DNA of 64,000 nucleotides from a virus. Taxonomy: Duplodnaviria > Caudoviricetes. Shown piece after piece: positions 1-10,170 of this stretch; position 1 is the stretch's first letter, and every line of letters starts with the position of its first letter. Below the pieces are notes generated by a model. It did no database searches. It saw only the letters and a program-made list of their open reading frames with translations, and was not told the DNA's origin. The stretch lies in the IMG/VR virus record IMGVR_UViG_2061766007_000924, positions 37,396-101,395 of that record. The stretch is one strand, 5' to 3'. A program made the position numbers and the translations under genes.

Positions 1-2
1 TA

Positions 3-1451
3 GCAAAACTCCCGGTTTTCGCGGTAAATGTTCCTGAAGATCCTGTAATAATTGACAGCGATGTGACGTTCACATTTGAAGGGACATCAGGCCAGTCTGT
101 AAATCTTTCTCTCATGGTTGGAAATGCTGCTAAGTATAATGAAACGATAGAAGGAGACTCTGTAACAGTACACTGTCCTAAGGATTGGATTACAAGCGGA
201 TCATATGTAGATGTGACGGTGAATGCAACTTGCGGGAATAGAACGGATAATACGAAAAAATTCACGCTCAAATATCCAGATCTTGTGTTAGAGACAGACA
301 AAACAGAATCTACGCCATATGGATATGTTATCTACACATTTAGCAATCGTGAGGGACAGTCGGTATATTTGGAATATTACTATGGGAGTCGGAGACTATT
401 AAGAGAAGGGCCTTTTTCAGAAGACTTTGGAGGGCCGCTTGCAGACTTTTTTGACTTAGTACCGATCACCACTGCTCAGGTTATGTATATAGATATCTGC
501 GCAACAGATGCGATTGGGAGGATGTCAAATAAAGTTAAGCTAAAATTGACCCCGTCATTTATGATGGATCCAAGGCTTCTCAATTACGCATTTACAGCTA
601 TACAGCCGGAAACAGTTGATCCTGCGTTAGCAAATTGCGTTTTTCTTGGAATAACAAGAATACGACTGTCTGGAGCGTACGAATTGCCAACATTGGCAAA
701 AATGAGCAAGGTGAGAATCTCACTCAAGAAGCTTTACAGTCTTGGATACGCTACAATAAATAGCGAAACAGATACCTTCGTATTTGAGCAAACAGATAAT
801 GAAGGAAATCCGGTTCCAATAACGGAAGATGTGCCGCGCTTGATTGAGTTCACAGATGAAAGAGGGCTGGAATCTACATACGAGACAGCGGAAATTCCGA
901 GTATCAATTACAGAGCTCCGAGAATAAACGTATCGTATCACAGGTGCGATTCCAACGGGGTTAAAAGCGATACTGGAGATCATTGCCAAATTACGGTTGA
1001 ATACTCTGTCGATCATATTAGCGGACGAACCTTTGACGGAACATGGCTATATAATGCAAATCGGGCAACGATAACGATTTCAACTACTGGATATGAAGAA
1101 ACGGTAAGCATACCAACGTATGAAAGTGGAGAAGCCGTCTATGAGTCCACATTTACAGACATATTCCCAGCGGATATTGAAAAATCTTTTGAAATATCGG
1201 TCAACGTAAAGGACAGAGTTATGGAATACACCAACACGTATCTGCTTTCTACCGCAGGAGTCATTATGGACTTTAGAAGAGGCGGAAAAGGTGTTGGAAT
1301 TGGGAAAGTCGCTGAGGGAGATAAGAGAGTAGAGATTCACCCGGAATGGAAACTGATGGCAAGTGTCCAAATAAGCGGTCGCGCTCAATTGCAGGATCTA
1401 AGTACATTGCTTGAAGAAATTCTGACTCGGTTGTCAAACGGCGGACTATAA
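3..1451 (+). CDS. Tail/baseplate-associated structural protein, 5' truncated by the window (DUF859-like siphovirus minor tail protein)
   Basis: Frame is open from position 3. Thr-rich, beta-rich sequence. C-terminal 'RCDSNG...MDFRRGGKGVGIGKVAE' is typical of Bacillota siphophage tail proteins. Lies upstream of the tail fibre and lysis genes. Confidence 0.6.
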   Translation, partial: AKLPVFAVNVPEDPVIIDSDVTFTFEGTSGQSVNLSLMVGNAAKYNETIEGDSVTVHCPKDWITSGSYVDVTVNATCGNRTDNTKKFTLKYPDLVLETDKTESTPYGYVIYTFSNREGQSVYLEYYYGSRRLLREGPFSEDFGGPLADFFDLVPITTAQVMYIDICATDAIGRMSNKVKLKLTPSFMMDPRLLNYAFTAIQPETVDPALANCVFLGITRIRLSGAYELPTLAKMSKVRISLKKLYSLGYATINSETDTFVFEQTDNEGNPVPITEDVPRLIEFTDERGLESTYETAEIPSINYRAPRINVSYHRCDSNGVKSDTGDHCQITVEYSVDHISGRTFDGTWLYNANRATITISTTGYEETVSIPTYESGEAVYESTFTDIFPADIEKSFEISVNVKDRVMEYTNTYLLSTAGVIMDFRRGGKGVGIGKVAEGDKRVEIHPEWKLMASVQISGRAQLQDLSTLLEEILTRLSNGGL

Positions 1452-1463
1452 GGAGGTCAAGAG

Positions 1464-4019
1464 ATGATCTTTGACTTTGAAAAACTGACTTATGAAGATC
1501 TAATAACACTGATACCCGCGCAAAACTTAAACGACATACAGGATGCGATTCTGGCGCTATTGGGTCAGTCTGACGGAAATGAGCAGGTCTATAAAGCGGA
1601 AGAATCAAGCGGGAGTGCTGCAAATTTTGATGCTCCATCTGCCGGGTTGCCGCTCGATGGGTTGAAGGTGAATATTGTACCTGAGCAATCCGGCAGCGGT
1701 GATCCGAGTCCGAGTAACATTCGACAGTTTGTCAGCAGGACATCCGTGAAGGTTTATCATGCAGGGAAAAACATATATGTGGATGAGGTAACACCGTCTA
1801 CTGTTATCAATCCGAGCGGAGTTCCTACAGAAAACACAGGATACTCAACCGTGCTTACGTACATCCCGGTTGTCGGAGGCGAATCGTACTCATTTCAGTT
1901 TAAGGTTGATGCTGCGTCTGCGGCACGTATAATTGTGGCGTTTTATGACGAGAACAAAGCTTTCCAAGGGGACAGACCATATGCGACTGGCACGGCGGCG
2001 ATAGGGTTAAACACAGGAACTGTACAGGCCCCGAGCTATGCAAAGTGGATGCGCATATCTTTGCCGAAGTTGGCATATGATCTGCAAATTGAAAAAGGCA
2101 CCACGGCAAGCGAATATGAGTCTCCTGCGAAAATCATTACCATATCATTTCCTACAGAGGCTGGCTCGGTCTACGGCGGTGAGCTGGATGTAACGAAAGG
2201 CAAGCTGACCGTTAACTGGACGGCTGTGGACATGGGTACGCTCCAATATTGGGCATACTCTTCTGTGGCAAACGCCTTTACGTTCCACACGGTAGGCAGA
2301 GACACCAGTGCAGCCAATAAAGAAAAGCTTTATTCAGAGCGCTATAAGACTCAGATAGATCAGTTTTATGCCAGAATTGAAAACGGATGCATTATGCCGC
2401 ACCCCGGTGATAGTGCAGCTGGCATTCTGAGAGACAGCAACTTCTCAACGCCAAGCGATGTGACCGATGAGAATGATGGACTACACGGTGTGCTTATGTG
2501 CTATCCGGTGACTACGGAAACTGTTTATCAAGTCACGCCACAAGAATTTTTCACGTTTCCCGGTGAAAACAACATCTGGTCGGACGCTGGAGACGTTGAG
2601 GTCACATATGGTGCGTATTTAGAGCTGGTTAGTGAAAAAGCGTTTGGGCCGAAAGTCTACCATGTATCCAAATCTGGGAATGGAGATTATACGAGCTTCA
2701 CTCAATGCCTCCTTGATCTAAAGGACGATAGCACTCAAAAGATAATCTATGTCGATGGCGGGGACTATGACATTTATCAGGAGTATCAGGCGGCTGGAGT
2801 CCCAGTTTATACAGGCTCGAATCCAACCCTTGAGTATTGGGATTATAATGTCTGGATTCCAGTCAACACTCATATTATCGGTCGGGGTATAGTGCGGCTG
2901 ATATGGATGCCAGATCCGGTGACTTATCCAGAGCTTACAACGGTGCAATGTCAAGCTGTTTCTCCGGTAAACGTAGCCGGGAGCATGATATTGGAAAACG
3001 TGGAGATCCACTGCAAAAACGGGCGCTATTGCATTCATGACGATCCTCTCGGAAAAGGGCGCTACAGTAACGCCGTAAAGGTCTATAGAAACGTAAGGTG
3101 CTATCACTACATCAATGACCGCAAAAACAATGTTGCCTACGGCTTTGCAAACACGATTGGGATGGGCCTTGATAAGCAGATGCATTATCTGTTTGACCGC
3201 TGCTATTTCTGGAATGAGGGTACGGGCTATGCATTTTATTGCCACACCCGTCAAAAGGTGGACAACGTAACACTCACAGAGGCGGAATCCAGCGAACTTG
3301 TCTTGAAAAACTGCGTGTGTAAAACGGGCCGCGCTCAGGCAGCTAAGTTTGGGAACAGTGGGAGCACAACAAATCTCCGCATCAGGGTTGGCCTTTTCAG
3401 CTGTTGGTTAAGTGGCGGTGTGGACATTATTGACGAAAGCGGAACCGCTGGGAATCAGAACGCATATGACCTGACGATGGCACTATGCAGCGCAGGAAGC
3501 ATATCTGTTATGGACAGCAACAACAGATATCCGCCCAAAATTTTTGGGTCACTTGGTACAGCGAGGCTCCAGATACTCAAGCAGCCGGAGAGCCTCACGG
3601 TGCCTCCCAGCGTCCCATTTAGCATGTACATCATTACAAACACCGTCTCAGATGTAACCTACCAGTGGCAGTATTACTTCAACAATCAGTGGAACAACTT
3701 TGTCGGCGGCAATGCCGCAACGCTAACAAAGACACCAATGGTGACTTGGAACGGCTGGAAGATCCGTTGCATCGTCACTGGAGCTGACGGTACGGTGCTG
3801 ACTTCTAACGAGGCCACGCTGACTGTGAATGCTGGCGCGATTGCACAGCAAGAAGCATCGTTCACTTCGACCCGTGCCTATACGGTCGGCTCTTACCTTA
3901 TTGTTGACACAAATCTTTACAAGGTCATTTCTCCAATTTCCGTTGGTGGCACCATCACGCCGGGCACGAACGTAACACAAACTACAGTAGCCGCGCAGCT
4001 TACTGCTCTTTCAAATTGA
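1464..4019 (+). CDS. Tail fibre / receptor-binding protein with a pectin-lyase-like beta-helix region and an Ig-like domain
   Basis: 851 aa with RBS AGGAGG. 'VSKSGNGDYTSFTQCL...IYVDGGDY' resembles a pectinesterase-type beta-helix start. 'QPESLTV...TYQWQY...IRCIVT' is Ig-like. Confidence 0.6.
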   Translation: MIFDFEKLTYEDLITLIPAQNLNDIQDAILALLGQSDGNEQVYKAEESSGSAANFDAPSAGLPLDGLKVNIVPEQSGSGDPSPSNIRQFVSRTSVKVYHAGKNIYVDEVTPSTVINPSGVPTENTGYSTVLTYIPVVGGESYSFQFKVDAASAARIIVAFYDENKAFQGDRPYATGTAAIGLNTGTVQAPSYAKWMRISLPKLAYDLQIEKGTTASEYESPAKIITISFPTEAGSVYGGELDVTKGKLTVNWTAVDMGTLQYWAYSSVANAFTFHTVGRDTSAANKEKLYSERYKTQIDQFYARIENGCIMPHPGDSAAGILRDSNFSTPSDVTDENDGLHGVLMCYPVTTETVYQVTPQEFFTFPGENNIWSDAGDVEVTYGAYLELVSEKAFGPKVYHVSKSGNGDYTSFTQCLLDLKDDSTQKIIYVDGGDYDIYQEYQAAGVPVYTGSNPTLEYWDYNVWIPVNTHIIGRGIVRLIWMPDPVTYPELTTVQCQAVSPVNVAGSMILENVEIHCKNGRYCIHDDPLGKGRYSNAVKVYRNVRCYHYINDRKNNVAYGFANTIGMGLDKQMHYLFDRCYFWNEGTGYAFYCHTRQKVDNVTLTEAESSELVLKNCVCKTGRAQAAKFGNSGSTTNLRIRVGLFSCWLSGGVDIIDESGTAGNQNAYDLTMALCSAGSISVMDSNNRYPPKIFGSLGTARLQILKQPESLTVPPSVPFSMYIITNTVSDVTYQWQYYFNNQWNNFVGGNAATLTKTPMVTWNGWKIRCIVTGADGTVLTSNEATLTVNAGAIAQQEASFTSTRAYTVGSYLIVDTNLYKVISPISVGGTITPGTNVTQTTVAAQLTALSN

Positions 4020-4031
4020 GGAGGATAAAAC

Positions 4032-4244
4032 ATGAAACTTGCAATCATTCAGTGCGTTAATGGAGTTTTTTCTGTAGTTGCCGAGGGCATTGAAACAGAT
4101 CAAGCGGCGCTCGTATCTTTCCACAGCCAGTGCAAAATCTTGTGGAATGCCTCTGATGTCATTACAGGGGAAGTCGCCATTGTTGATGAGCAGCTCGACA
4201 TCTATCACGGCTACAAAGAGTTTATCAGGCACGAGGAAGCATGA
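4032..4244 (+). CDS. Small hypothetical protein following the tail fibre
   Basis: 70 aa ORF with RBS GAGGA, in operon context. Confidence 0.6.
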   Translation: MKLAIIQCVNGVFSVVAEGIETDQAALVSFHSQCKILWNASDVITGEVAIVDEQLDIYHGYKEFIRHEEA

Positions 4245-4294
4245 TGGAAGATGACGAAAAATCCTACAGCGGTTTACTGACGGAGGACTGAGCA

Positions 4295-5185
4295 ATGACA
4301 ATCACACAAGCTAAAAGCAGTCTGATCCTCTGGTTACAATCGCAGGTCGGCTATCATGAGGAGGCTGGGAACTGGAACAAGTATGCCAACATGCCAGCAG
4401 TCCAAAGATTGTACGGCGGGAGCATCCAGAACGCCCCGTGGTGCGACCTGTTCACCGATGCGGCGTTCCTCTCTGTGTTTGGTCTTGAGCGCGGAGCTGC
4501 AATGACCTACCAGACGGTAGGCAACGGCTCCGCAGCATGCAGGACGAGCGCTGACTATTTTAAGGAACACGGGGCATTCTATTACGAGCCAGAGATTTGT
4601 GATGTGATCTTCTTTTTTGTTGACGGTGCCATCAACCATCAAGGCATCGTTGTCAGAATTGACGGTGGTTACGTCTATACAATTGAGGGAAACAGTTCTG
4701 ATGCCGTCTCTGAGCGCTGCTACAGCATCAATGACAGAAGTCGAATTGCCGGGTATGGTCGGCCTGATTGGGCACTCGTTGCCGATGAGGGAGACGCAGA
4801 CGCTCCAATAACGGAGGTTCCTGAAACAGATGTTTACATCAACAAGGACAGTGTACGTTGTTATGAACTGAGACTCCCGTATCTTGCTCTCGGCAGCAGG
4901 GGAGACGCAGTGCGTTCTGTGCAGATCTTGCTCCTCTCGCACAACATCACCTGCGGGACTTGGGGCGCGGACGGCGATTTTGGAGCAGACACAGAAAAAG
5001 CCGTGAAAGAGTATCAGCGGAAAAACAGGCTCAACGAAGACGGAATTGTTGGGCCTGACACTGGAGCGAAGCTCTTCGGCGTGACTGTAGAAAAAGCGGT
5101 AATACTCAAAAAAGAAGAGCAGACGAAAGAAGACATAAAACCGGACACGTTTTGGAATAATCTGCTTGAAAAGATCAGAAAGTGA
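4295..5185 (+). CDS. Endolysin (CHAP domain plus peptidoglycan-binding domain)
   Basis: CHAP motifs 'PWCDLF', 'HQGIV' and 'TIEGNS'. PG-binding motif 'GADGDFGADTEKAVKEYQRKNRLNEDGIVGPDT'. Confidence 0.9.
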   Translation: MTITQAKSSLILWLQSQVGYHEEAGNWNKYANMPAVQRLYGGSIQNAPWCDLFTDAAFLSVFGLERGAAMTYQTVGNGSAACRTSADYFKEHGAFYYEPEICDVIFFFVDGAINHQGIVVRIDGGYVYTIEGNSSDAVSERCYSINDRSRIAGYGRPDWALVADEGDADAPITEVPETDVYINKDSVRCYELRLPYLALGSRGDAVRSVQILLLSHNITCGTWGADGDFGADTEKAVKEYQRKNRLNEDGIVGPDTGAKLFGVTVEKAVILKKEEQTKEDIKPDTFWNNLLEKIRK

Positions 5186-5249
5186 TGCACAGAGTGAAAC
5201 AGTTTGTAAAAGACCTTGAAAAAGGTAAAGTTTGAAAGGAGAAAACAAA

Positions 5250-5513
5250 ATGAATATTCCCGAAGTTGCGACAGTTGTGTCAATCGTCATTATTTGCTAT
5301 CTCATTGGCGTGGGAATCAAGCTCAGTCCTCTGGATGACAAGTGGATTCCTTTGATCGTGGGCGTTGCTGGAGGCATTCTTGGCGTTGTCGGCATGCATG
5401 TTGTGCCGAATTATCCTGCTGACAATATCATGGACGCAATTGCTGTCGGAATCGTTTCAGGGTTCGCGGCGACAGGTGTTGATCAGGCTTTCCGCAAACA
5501 GCTTGGAAAGTAA
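5250..5513 (+). CDS. Holin
   Basis: About 87 aa with three hydrophobic segments ('KWIPLIVGVAGGILG', 'AIAVGIVSGFAATG'). Adjacent to the endolysin. Confidence 0.85.
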   Translation: MNIPEVATVVSIVIICYLIGVGIKLSPLDDKWIPLIVGVAGGILGVVGMHVVPNYPADNIMDAIAVGIVSGFAATGVDQAFRKQLGK

Positions 5514-5527
5514 CTAAGCGCATAAAA

Positions 5528-5548
5528 GGGAGCTCATTTCGAGCTCCC
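5528..5548. terminator. Hairpin after the holin
   Basis: GGGAGCTC-ATTTC-GAGCTCCC, a perfect 8-bp stem. The U-tract on + is weak. Confidence 0.45.
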
Positions 5549-5571
5549 TCATTTGAAAAGAGGGCAGTGAA

Positions 5572-6015
5572 ATGAGCGAAGTAATTAAAAGCTTCTTACT
5601 CTTCTTGTTTGGCGCTGGCGGTTTGGCATTGATCAATGTGTTGCAGGAAAGATGGAAATTCAGGGCTCAGAGGAAAGCGGAAAAAGAAGACCGAAAAGAA
5701 GAGAAAGAAGACCAATTGAAAAACATTCAGGAGCAGCTTGAAGAGATCAAAGAGCAGCAGAGAAAAGACAATCAGGAAATTGCTGCAAAAATGGAAGAGC
5801 TGGAGAAGCAGAACAAAGCGCTAAAGGACGGCATGAAGTATGTTCTGCTTGACAGGATTCTTTATTTAGGACATTCGTACATTTCGGATGGACAAGTGAG
5901 TTTTGACAACAGAAAGAGGCTTGGCGACATGCATAGCGTGTATCACAATGGGCTTGGCGGCAACGGTGACGCTGATGCTGTGATGCATGATGTATATGAG
6001 CTTCCTCTATTATAA
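5572..6015 (+). CDS. Membrane-anchored coiled-coil protein of the lysis module
   Basis: N-terminal TM segment, coiled coil, and C-terminal 'YHNGLGGNG', which is common next to holins in Bacillota phages. Confidence 0.6.
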   Translation: MSEVIKSFLLFLFGAGGLALINVLQERWKFRAQRKAEKEDRKEEKEDQLKNIQEQLEEIKEQQRKDNQEIAAKMEELEKQNKALKDGMKYVLLDRILYLGHSYISDGQVSFDNRKRLGDMHSVYHNGLGGNGDADAVMHDVYELPLL

Positions 6016-6025
6016 TAGATGAGTA

Positions 6026-8512
6026 GTGAGAGGTGGTGCACGATTGAAAACTGTCACTATATCAACTAACAGCATCTCAGAATATACCACTTTTGGAATT
6101 GGTGAGAGGGGAGAAAACGAAGTATCTGCTATCTCATTTGATTTCGGAGAGTGGATTGAAGAATATGGAGACGGAGCGCTATCTTTATATGTAAAGAGAA
6201 GCGGGGACAAAAACGCATATCCTGTTGCTTTACAGATTGAAGATACAATAGCAACGTGGAATATTTCTGACGTAGATACTGCGAATAAAGGACGAGGAGA
6301 AGCTGAACTTGTATATGTCTCTGACGGCAAGATCGAAAAGTCGGCTGTTTTCGGATTTGTCGTAAAAAGAGATATTGGGAAACCATCTGATACTCCTCCA
6401 GATCCTTATGAATCATGGCTCGATACTCTTACGGAGCTTGGAAGCCAGACACAGGAAAATGCCAATTTGGCAAGGGCCAGTGCTGATGAGGCAAAGGAAA
6501 GTGCTGACTCAGCAGCAGAGAGCTTGGAAGGTATAGGAGAGTATACAGAGAGAGCCGAGACAGCCGCCGAAAGTGCCGAACAGTCCGCGCAGGATGCGGC
6601 GGCGGCACTGGAAAACGTGCAGGAGACCGTTGACAACGCCTTGCAGGAGGCCAAAGACAGCGGCGAGTTTGACGGCAGAGACGGCACTGACGGGGAGGAC
6701 GGCGTGACCTATACGCCGTCCGTGGATGCTGCTGGCAACATCTCATGGACAAATGACGGCGGCTTGCCTAATCCACAGCCGAGAAACATCATGGGGCCGC
6801 AGGGCGATCCTCTCACCTATGCTGATCTGACTCCAGCCGACAAAGCAGACCTGATTCAAGGGCCGATTGCTGAAGCGCAGACTGCGGCTGTCGAGGCGGT
6901 CAATCAGGCTGGCACAACGCAGGTTGACAATGTCAACGCTGCCGGGGCCGCGCAGGTGGAAGCCGTGGAAGACAAAGGCGAGGACGTGCTGGAGAGCATC
7001 CCGTCCGACTATACCGAGCTGTCCGAGGACGTTGATACCTTAAAGAGCCAGATCAACGACAAAGCGGCTGTTATCGTTGACACCGCCTCCGGCGCGATTG
7101 CGTCATTCCCGGACGGCGCGGACGGTGTGCCCGTCAAATCCCTGACCGTAGCCGTTGAGCCTGTGCAGGATTTGCATGGTTACAACAGCCCGTGGCCTGC
7201 CGGGGGTGGGAAGAATAAACTTTCTTATCCTTATGGATTTGACACCAACACGATCAACGGATGCACGGCAACAGTCGCAACTGATGGAACAATGACATTT
7301 AGCGGAATACCAACCGAAAGTGCTTTGTTCAATATTAAACGTAGAGTAGATACCACTGGAAACTTCTATTTGTTTCTGCCAGAAGGAGAATACACTCTGA
7401 ATGGGTGCCCGTCTGGTGGTTCTGGAACAACGTATCAAATATCCGTCACTACTTCCAGTGGAGCGGTTGCCACAGACAGAGGTTCAGGGGCAACATTTAC
7501 ATCACCGAGTGGTGGCACTTACTGTACAGTTCAGGTTGCAATTTTCAGCGGAACAAATCCCAATTCCATTGTCTTCAAGCCGATGATTCGCCTTGCATCT
7601 GTATCCGATGCAACCTACGCCCCCTACTCCAACATCTGCCCCATCAGCGGCAGGACGAGCGCGACTGTGACGAGGACGGGGAAGAATCTGCTGTCGCTTT
7701 CGACTGTCGAACTTGGCGGTACTAACCAGAGAACAATAAGCGTAAGTATCGGAACAATCCCGCCCGGAACATATCGTTTCAGCGCGGTCAAAAGCGGAAC
7801 TGCAACAGGGAATTTTGGTATTCAGTTTCTTGACAGCGGCGGCAAAATAGCGGGGCAGATAAATACTGTTTTGCAAAATGTTACACTGACTGTCCCAGCT
7901 GTTAGGGCTTACGCTTATATGGCAAGCGGAGACTACAGTGACGGTAAAACGCTGGTCTTGTCCGACATACAGATTGAGATTGGCTCCACCGCCAGCGCCT
8001 ATGATCCATATCAAGCCAACACCTACACCATCGCCCTCGGCGATACCGTCTACGGCGGGACGCTCGATGTGACGCAAGGGAAGATGGTGGTGACGCACAT
8101 GCTTTTCAACCGCAATTCCGCAACGATGAACAATTCAAATGCATATCCCGGTTGGAATGATGCTGGATTAAAAGCTCTTGGGTATACGGGCGGTCGCAGT
8201 GGGATGAACACCTTGCTAAATATTGGATCAGAATTCAGCTATAACTGTTCTGGAAAGAACGACGTCCTCTTCTTTGGAGCTGGTGCTTACCACAAAACAC
8301 AAGAAGAATGGAAAGCACTTGCTCTTGACATCCAAATTGTTATTCCTCTCGTTACCCCCATCGAAATCACTCTCACGCCCACGCAGATTGACACCTTGTT
8401 CGGCACGAACAACATCTGGGCGGACGCTGGCCCGGTCGATGTGGACTACAGAGCGGATACCAAACTGTACATCGACAAGAAGTTAGCTGCCCTTGTTGCG
8501 GCGCTCAGTTAA
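6026..8512 (+). CDS. BppU-like N-terminal domain tail/receptor-binding protein, paralogous in part to 1464-4019
   Basis: N-terminus 'GERGENEVSAISFDF...ATWNISDVDT...GEAEL'. Ala-rich stalk and short collagen-like GxD repeats. Shares blocks with the 851-aa protein. Confidence 0.6.
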   Translation: MRGGARLKTVTISTNSISEYTTFGIGERGENEVSAISFDFGEWIEEYGDGALSLYVKRSGDKNAYPVALQIEDTIATWNISDVDTANKGRGEAELVYVSDGKIEKSAVFGFVVKRDIGKPSDTPPDPYESWLDTLTELGSQTQENANLARASADEAKESADSAAESLEGIGEYTERAETAAESAEQSAQDAAAALENVQETVDNALQEAKDSGEFDGRDGTDGEDGVTYTPSVDAAGNISWTNDGGLPNPQPRNIMGPQGDPLTYADLTPADKADLIQGPIAEAQTAAVEAVNQAGTTQVDNVNAAGAAQVEAVEDKGEDVLESIPSDYTELSEDVDTLKSQINDKAAVIVDTASGAIASFPDGADGVPVKSLTVAVEPVQDLHGYNSPWPAGGGKNKLSYPYGFDTNTINGCTATVATDGTMTFSGIPTESALFNIKRRVDTTGNFYLFLPEGEYTLNGCPSGGSGTTYQISVTTSSGAVATDRGSGATFTSPSGGTYCTVQVAIFSGTNPNSIVFKPMIRLASVSDATYAPYSNICPISGRTSATVTRTGKNLLSLSTVELGGTNQRTISVSIGTIPPGTYRFSAVKSGTATGNFGIQFLDSGGKIAGQINTVLQNVTLTVPAVRAYAYMASGDYSDGKTLVLSDIQIEIGSTASAYDPYQANTYTIALGDTVYGGTLDVTQGKMVVTHMLFNRNSATMNNSNAYPGWNDAGLKALGYTGGRSGMNTLLNIGSEFSYNCSGKNDVLFFGAGAYHKTQEEWKALALDIQIVIPLVTPIEITLTPTQIDTLFGTNNIWADAGPVDVDYRADTKLYIDKKLAALVAALS

Positions 8513-8523
8513 GGAGCTAAGAA

Positions 8524-8604
8524 ATGGAATTTGTCGTTGGTGTTGTTGTTGGCACGATCATCGGCTTGTTTGTTGTTGCGCTGGTATCAGCAAATCGAGA
8601 GTAA
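8524..8604 (+). CDS. 26-aa membrane peptide (DUF3789-like), not in the ORF track
   Basis: RBS AAGGAG, then ATG...TAA. Translation MEFVVGVVVGTIIGLFVVALVSANRE. Confidence 0.55.
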   Translation: MEFVVGVVVGTIIGLFVVALVSANRE

Positions 8605-8676
8605 AACGGCGCAGCAGAAAAATAAATCTGGCATAAACTGCCCTGACCTCCGGCAGTTTTGCACCGCATAGCGGTT

Positions 8677-8713
8677 TCCCCCACTCAGGCATAGCTTGGG
8701 TGGGGGATTTTTT
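8677..8713 (+). terminator. Rho-independent terminator ending the late operon
   Basis: TCCCCCACTCAG...TTGGGTGGGGGA followed by TTTTTT. Confidence 0.8.
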
Positions 8714-8728
8714 GTGTTTATGGAGCGA

Positions 8729-8742
8729 TTGCTAAATAGCGA
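8729..8742. promoter_or_regulatory. Palindromic operator TTGCTAAATAGCGA
   Basis: One of six intergenic exact GCTAAATAGC copies. Confidence 0.65.
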
Positions 8743-8745
8743 AAT

Positions 8746-8812
8746 GCACAATCTGCAAAGCAAAAATCCGTGCAGAACGCCAATTGCTATAAAGCGAATA
8801 CAGCGGTATTAT
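8746..8812 (+). promoter_or_regulatory. Repeated phage promoter P1
   Basis: GCACAA-N16-CCGTGCA-N4-GCCAA-TTGCTA-N17-TATTAT. Confidence 0.8.
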
Positions 8813-8856
8813 AGTCATGCAAGAGAGGTTTATCGTGTGGTTTTTGGAGGTGCAAG

Positions 8857-10170
8857 ATGAAATATTCGATTCCTGAAATCAATATCGAGTCTCTGGAAAA
8901 GAAGCTCACTCGCATCCAGAACAAGTGCAAGAAATATGGCTGCGAGTTCAAGTATGAGCGTCTTGGTGAGCACTTCGAGGAGAAGACGTTCTACGCTTAC
9001 GATTACGATGCTGTTGATGCTTTCGGCACTCCGGCAAGCAAGAAGTGGAAAGAGATTGTGAAGTACATCGACATTGATGTCGAGGGCACTGCGGCTGTCA
9101 ATGGCTGGCGTTACGTTGCAAGTCTTGAATACACTGAGAAGGGCAATATCATTGCTGGCACTGGAGACGTTGAGATTCCTGAGAAGTATTATCATTGTGC
9201 TCCTTGGTGTGAGCACTGCAAGACTGCTCGTGACAGGCGTTACAGCTACATCGTGATCAATGAGGAGACTGGTGAGTTCAAGCAGGTCGGCAAGAGCTGC
9301 TTGAAGGACTTCACTGGCGGACTGAGTGCTGAGTATGTGGCGAATTTCGAGAGCTTTCTGAAAGAGATTGAAGAGGCTCGTGAGTTTGAGAGCTTTGGCG
9401 GTTCTGGAGTGAAGTATTTCAACGTCAAAGAGTTCATGGAGGCCATTGCTGAGACGGTTCGGCTTTATGGGTACTGCAAGCGTGACGGCATGAACATTAG
9501 CACTGCTGACAGGGCTGAGGAAATCTACCGTGAGGCAAATGGCATGAGGATCACGGAGGCTGCTTATGAGAGAGTTCTTGATGCAAAGGATCGCGGACTC
9601 AATCTCAAAAATGCGGAGAGCGTTGAGCTTGCAAAGACGGTTCGTGAGTGGATTCTTGGGAACGAGAGAGAGGACAATTACTTTCACAATCTGAAAGTTG
9701 CTTGCGCTCTTGAGTATGGCGATTACAAGGTGCTTGGTCTTCTGGCCTCTGCTTTTCCGACTTACAATCGGGAGCTTGAGTTTGAGGCTGAGAAGAAAGC
9801 TCGTGAGGCGGCTGAGAAAGAGGCTGCTGCAAGGGCTGCTTGGATGGGCAAGGTTGGAGACAAAGTCAGATTCAAGATTGCAGATTTCAAGCGGATTTCT
9901 TCTTGGGAGACTCAGTGGGGATTGACTTGTGTGTACAAGTTCGTTGACGAGAATGGCCTTGAGGCCACTTGGAAGACGAACAACTGGGTCAATGACAGAC
10001 GGATCATCGGCAGCGTGATCAGCGGCAAGATCAAGGAGCTCAAAGAGTACAGAGGGATCAAGCAGACCGAGCTGACTCGCTGCAAGATTGAGTACAAGGA
10101 AGAGGAGAAAAAGCCGTACAACAATGAAGCTGAGAAAGCGTTTGAGGCTTTTCTGGAGGAGACGGCATGA
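8857..10170 (+). CDS. Phage hypothetical protein with CxxC motifs and a possible C-terminal OB-like fold
   Basis: 437 aa with strong RBS GGAGGT. 'CEHC...VGKSCLKDF'. First gene after P1. Confidence 0.6.
   Translation: MKYSIPEINIESLEKKLTRIQNKCKKYGCEFKYERLGEHFEEKTFYAYDYDAVDAFGTPASKKWKEIVKYIDIDVEGTAAVNGWRYVASLEYTEKGNIIAGTGDVEIPEKYYHCAPWCEHCKTARDRRYSYIVINEETGEFKQVGKSCLKDFTGGLSAEYVANFESFLKEIEEAREFESFGGSGVKYFNVKEFMEAIAETVRLYGYCKRDGMNISTADRAEEIYREANGMRITEAAYERVLDAKDRGLNLKNAESVELAKTVREWILGNEREDNYFHNLKVACALEYGDYKVLGLLASAFPTYNRELEFEAEKKAREAAEKEAAARAAWMGKVGDKVRFKIADFKRISSWETQWGLTCVYKFVDENGLEATWKTNNWVNDRRIIGSVISGKIKELKEYRGIKQTELTRCKIEYKEEEKKPYNNEAEKAFEAFLEETA

Noticed and set aside
1464-8512. Diversity-generating retroelement acting on the tail fibres
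   Set aside because: No reverse transcriptase is present and I saw no TR/VR pair differing only at adenines.
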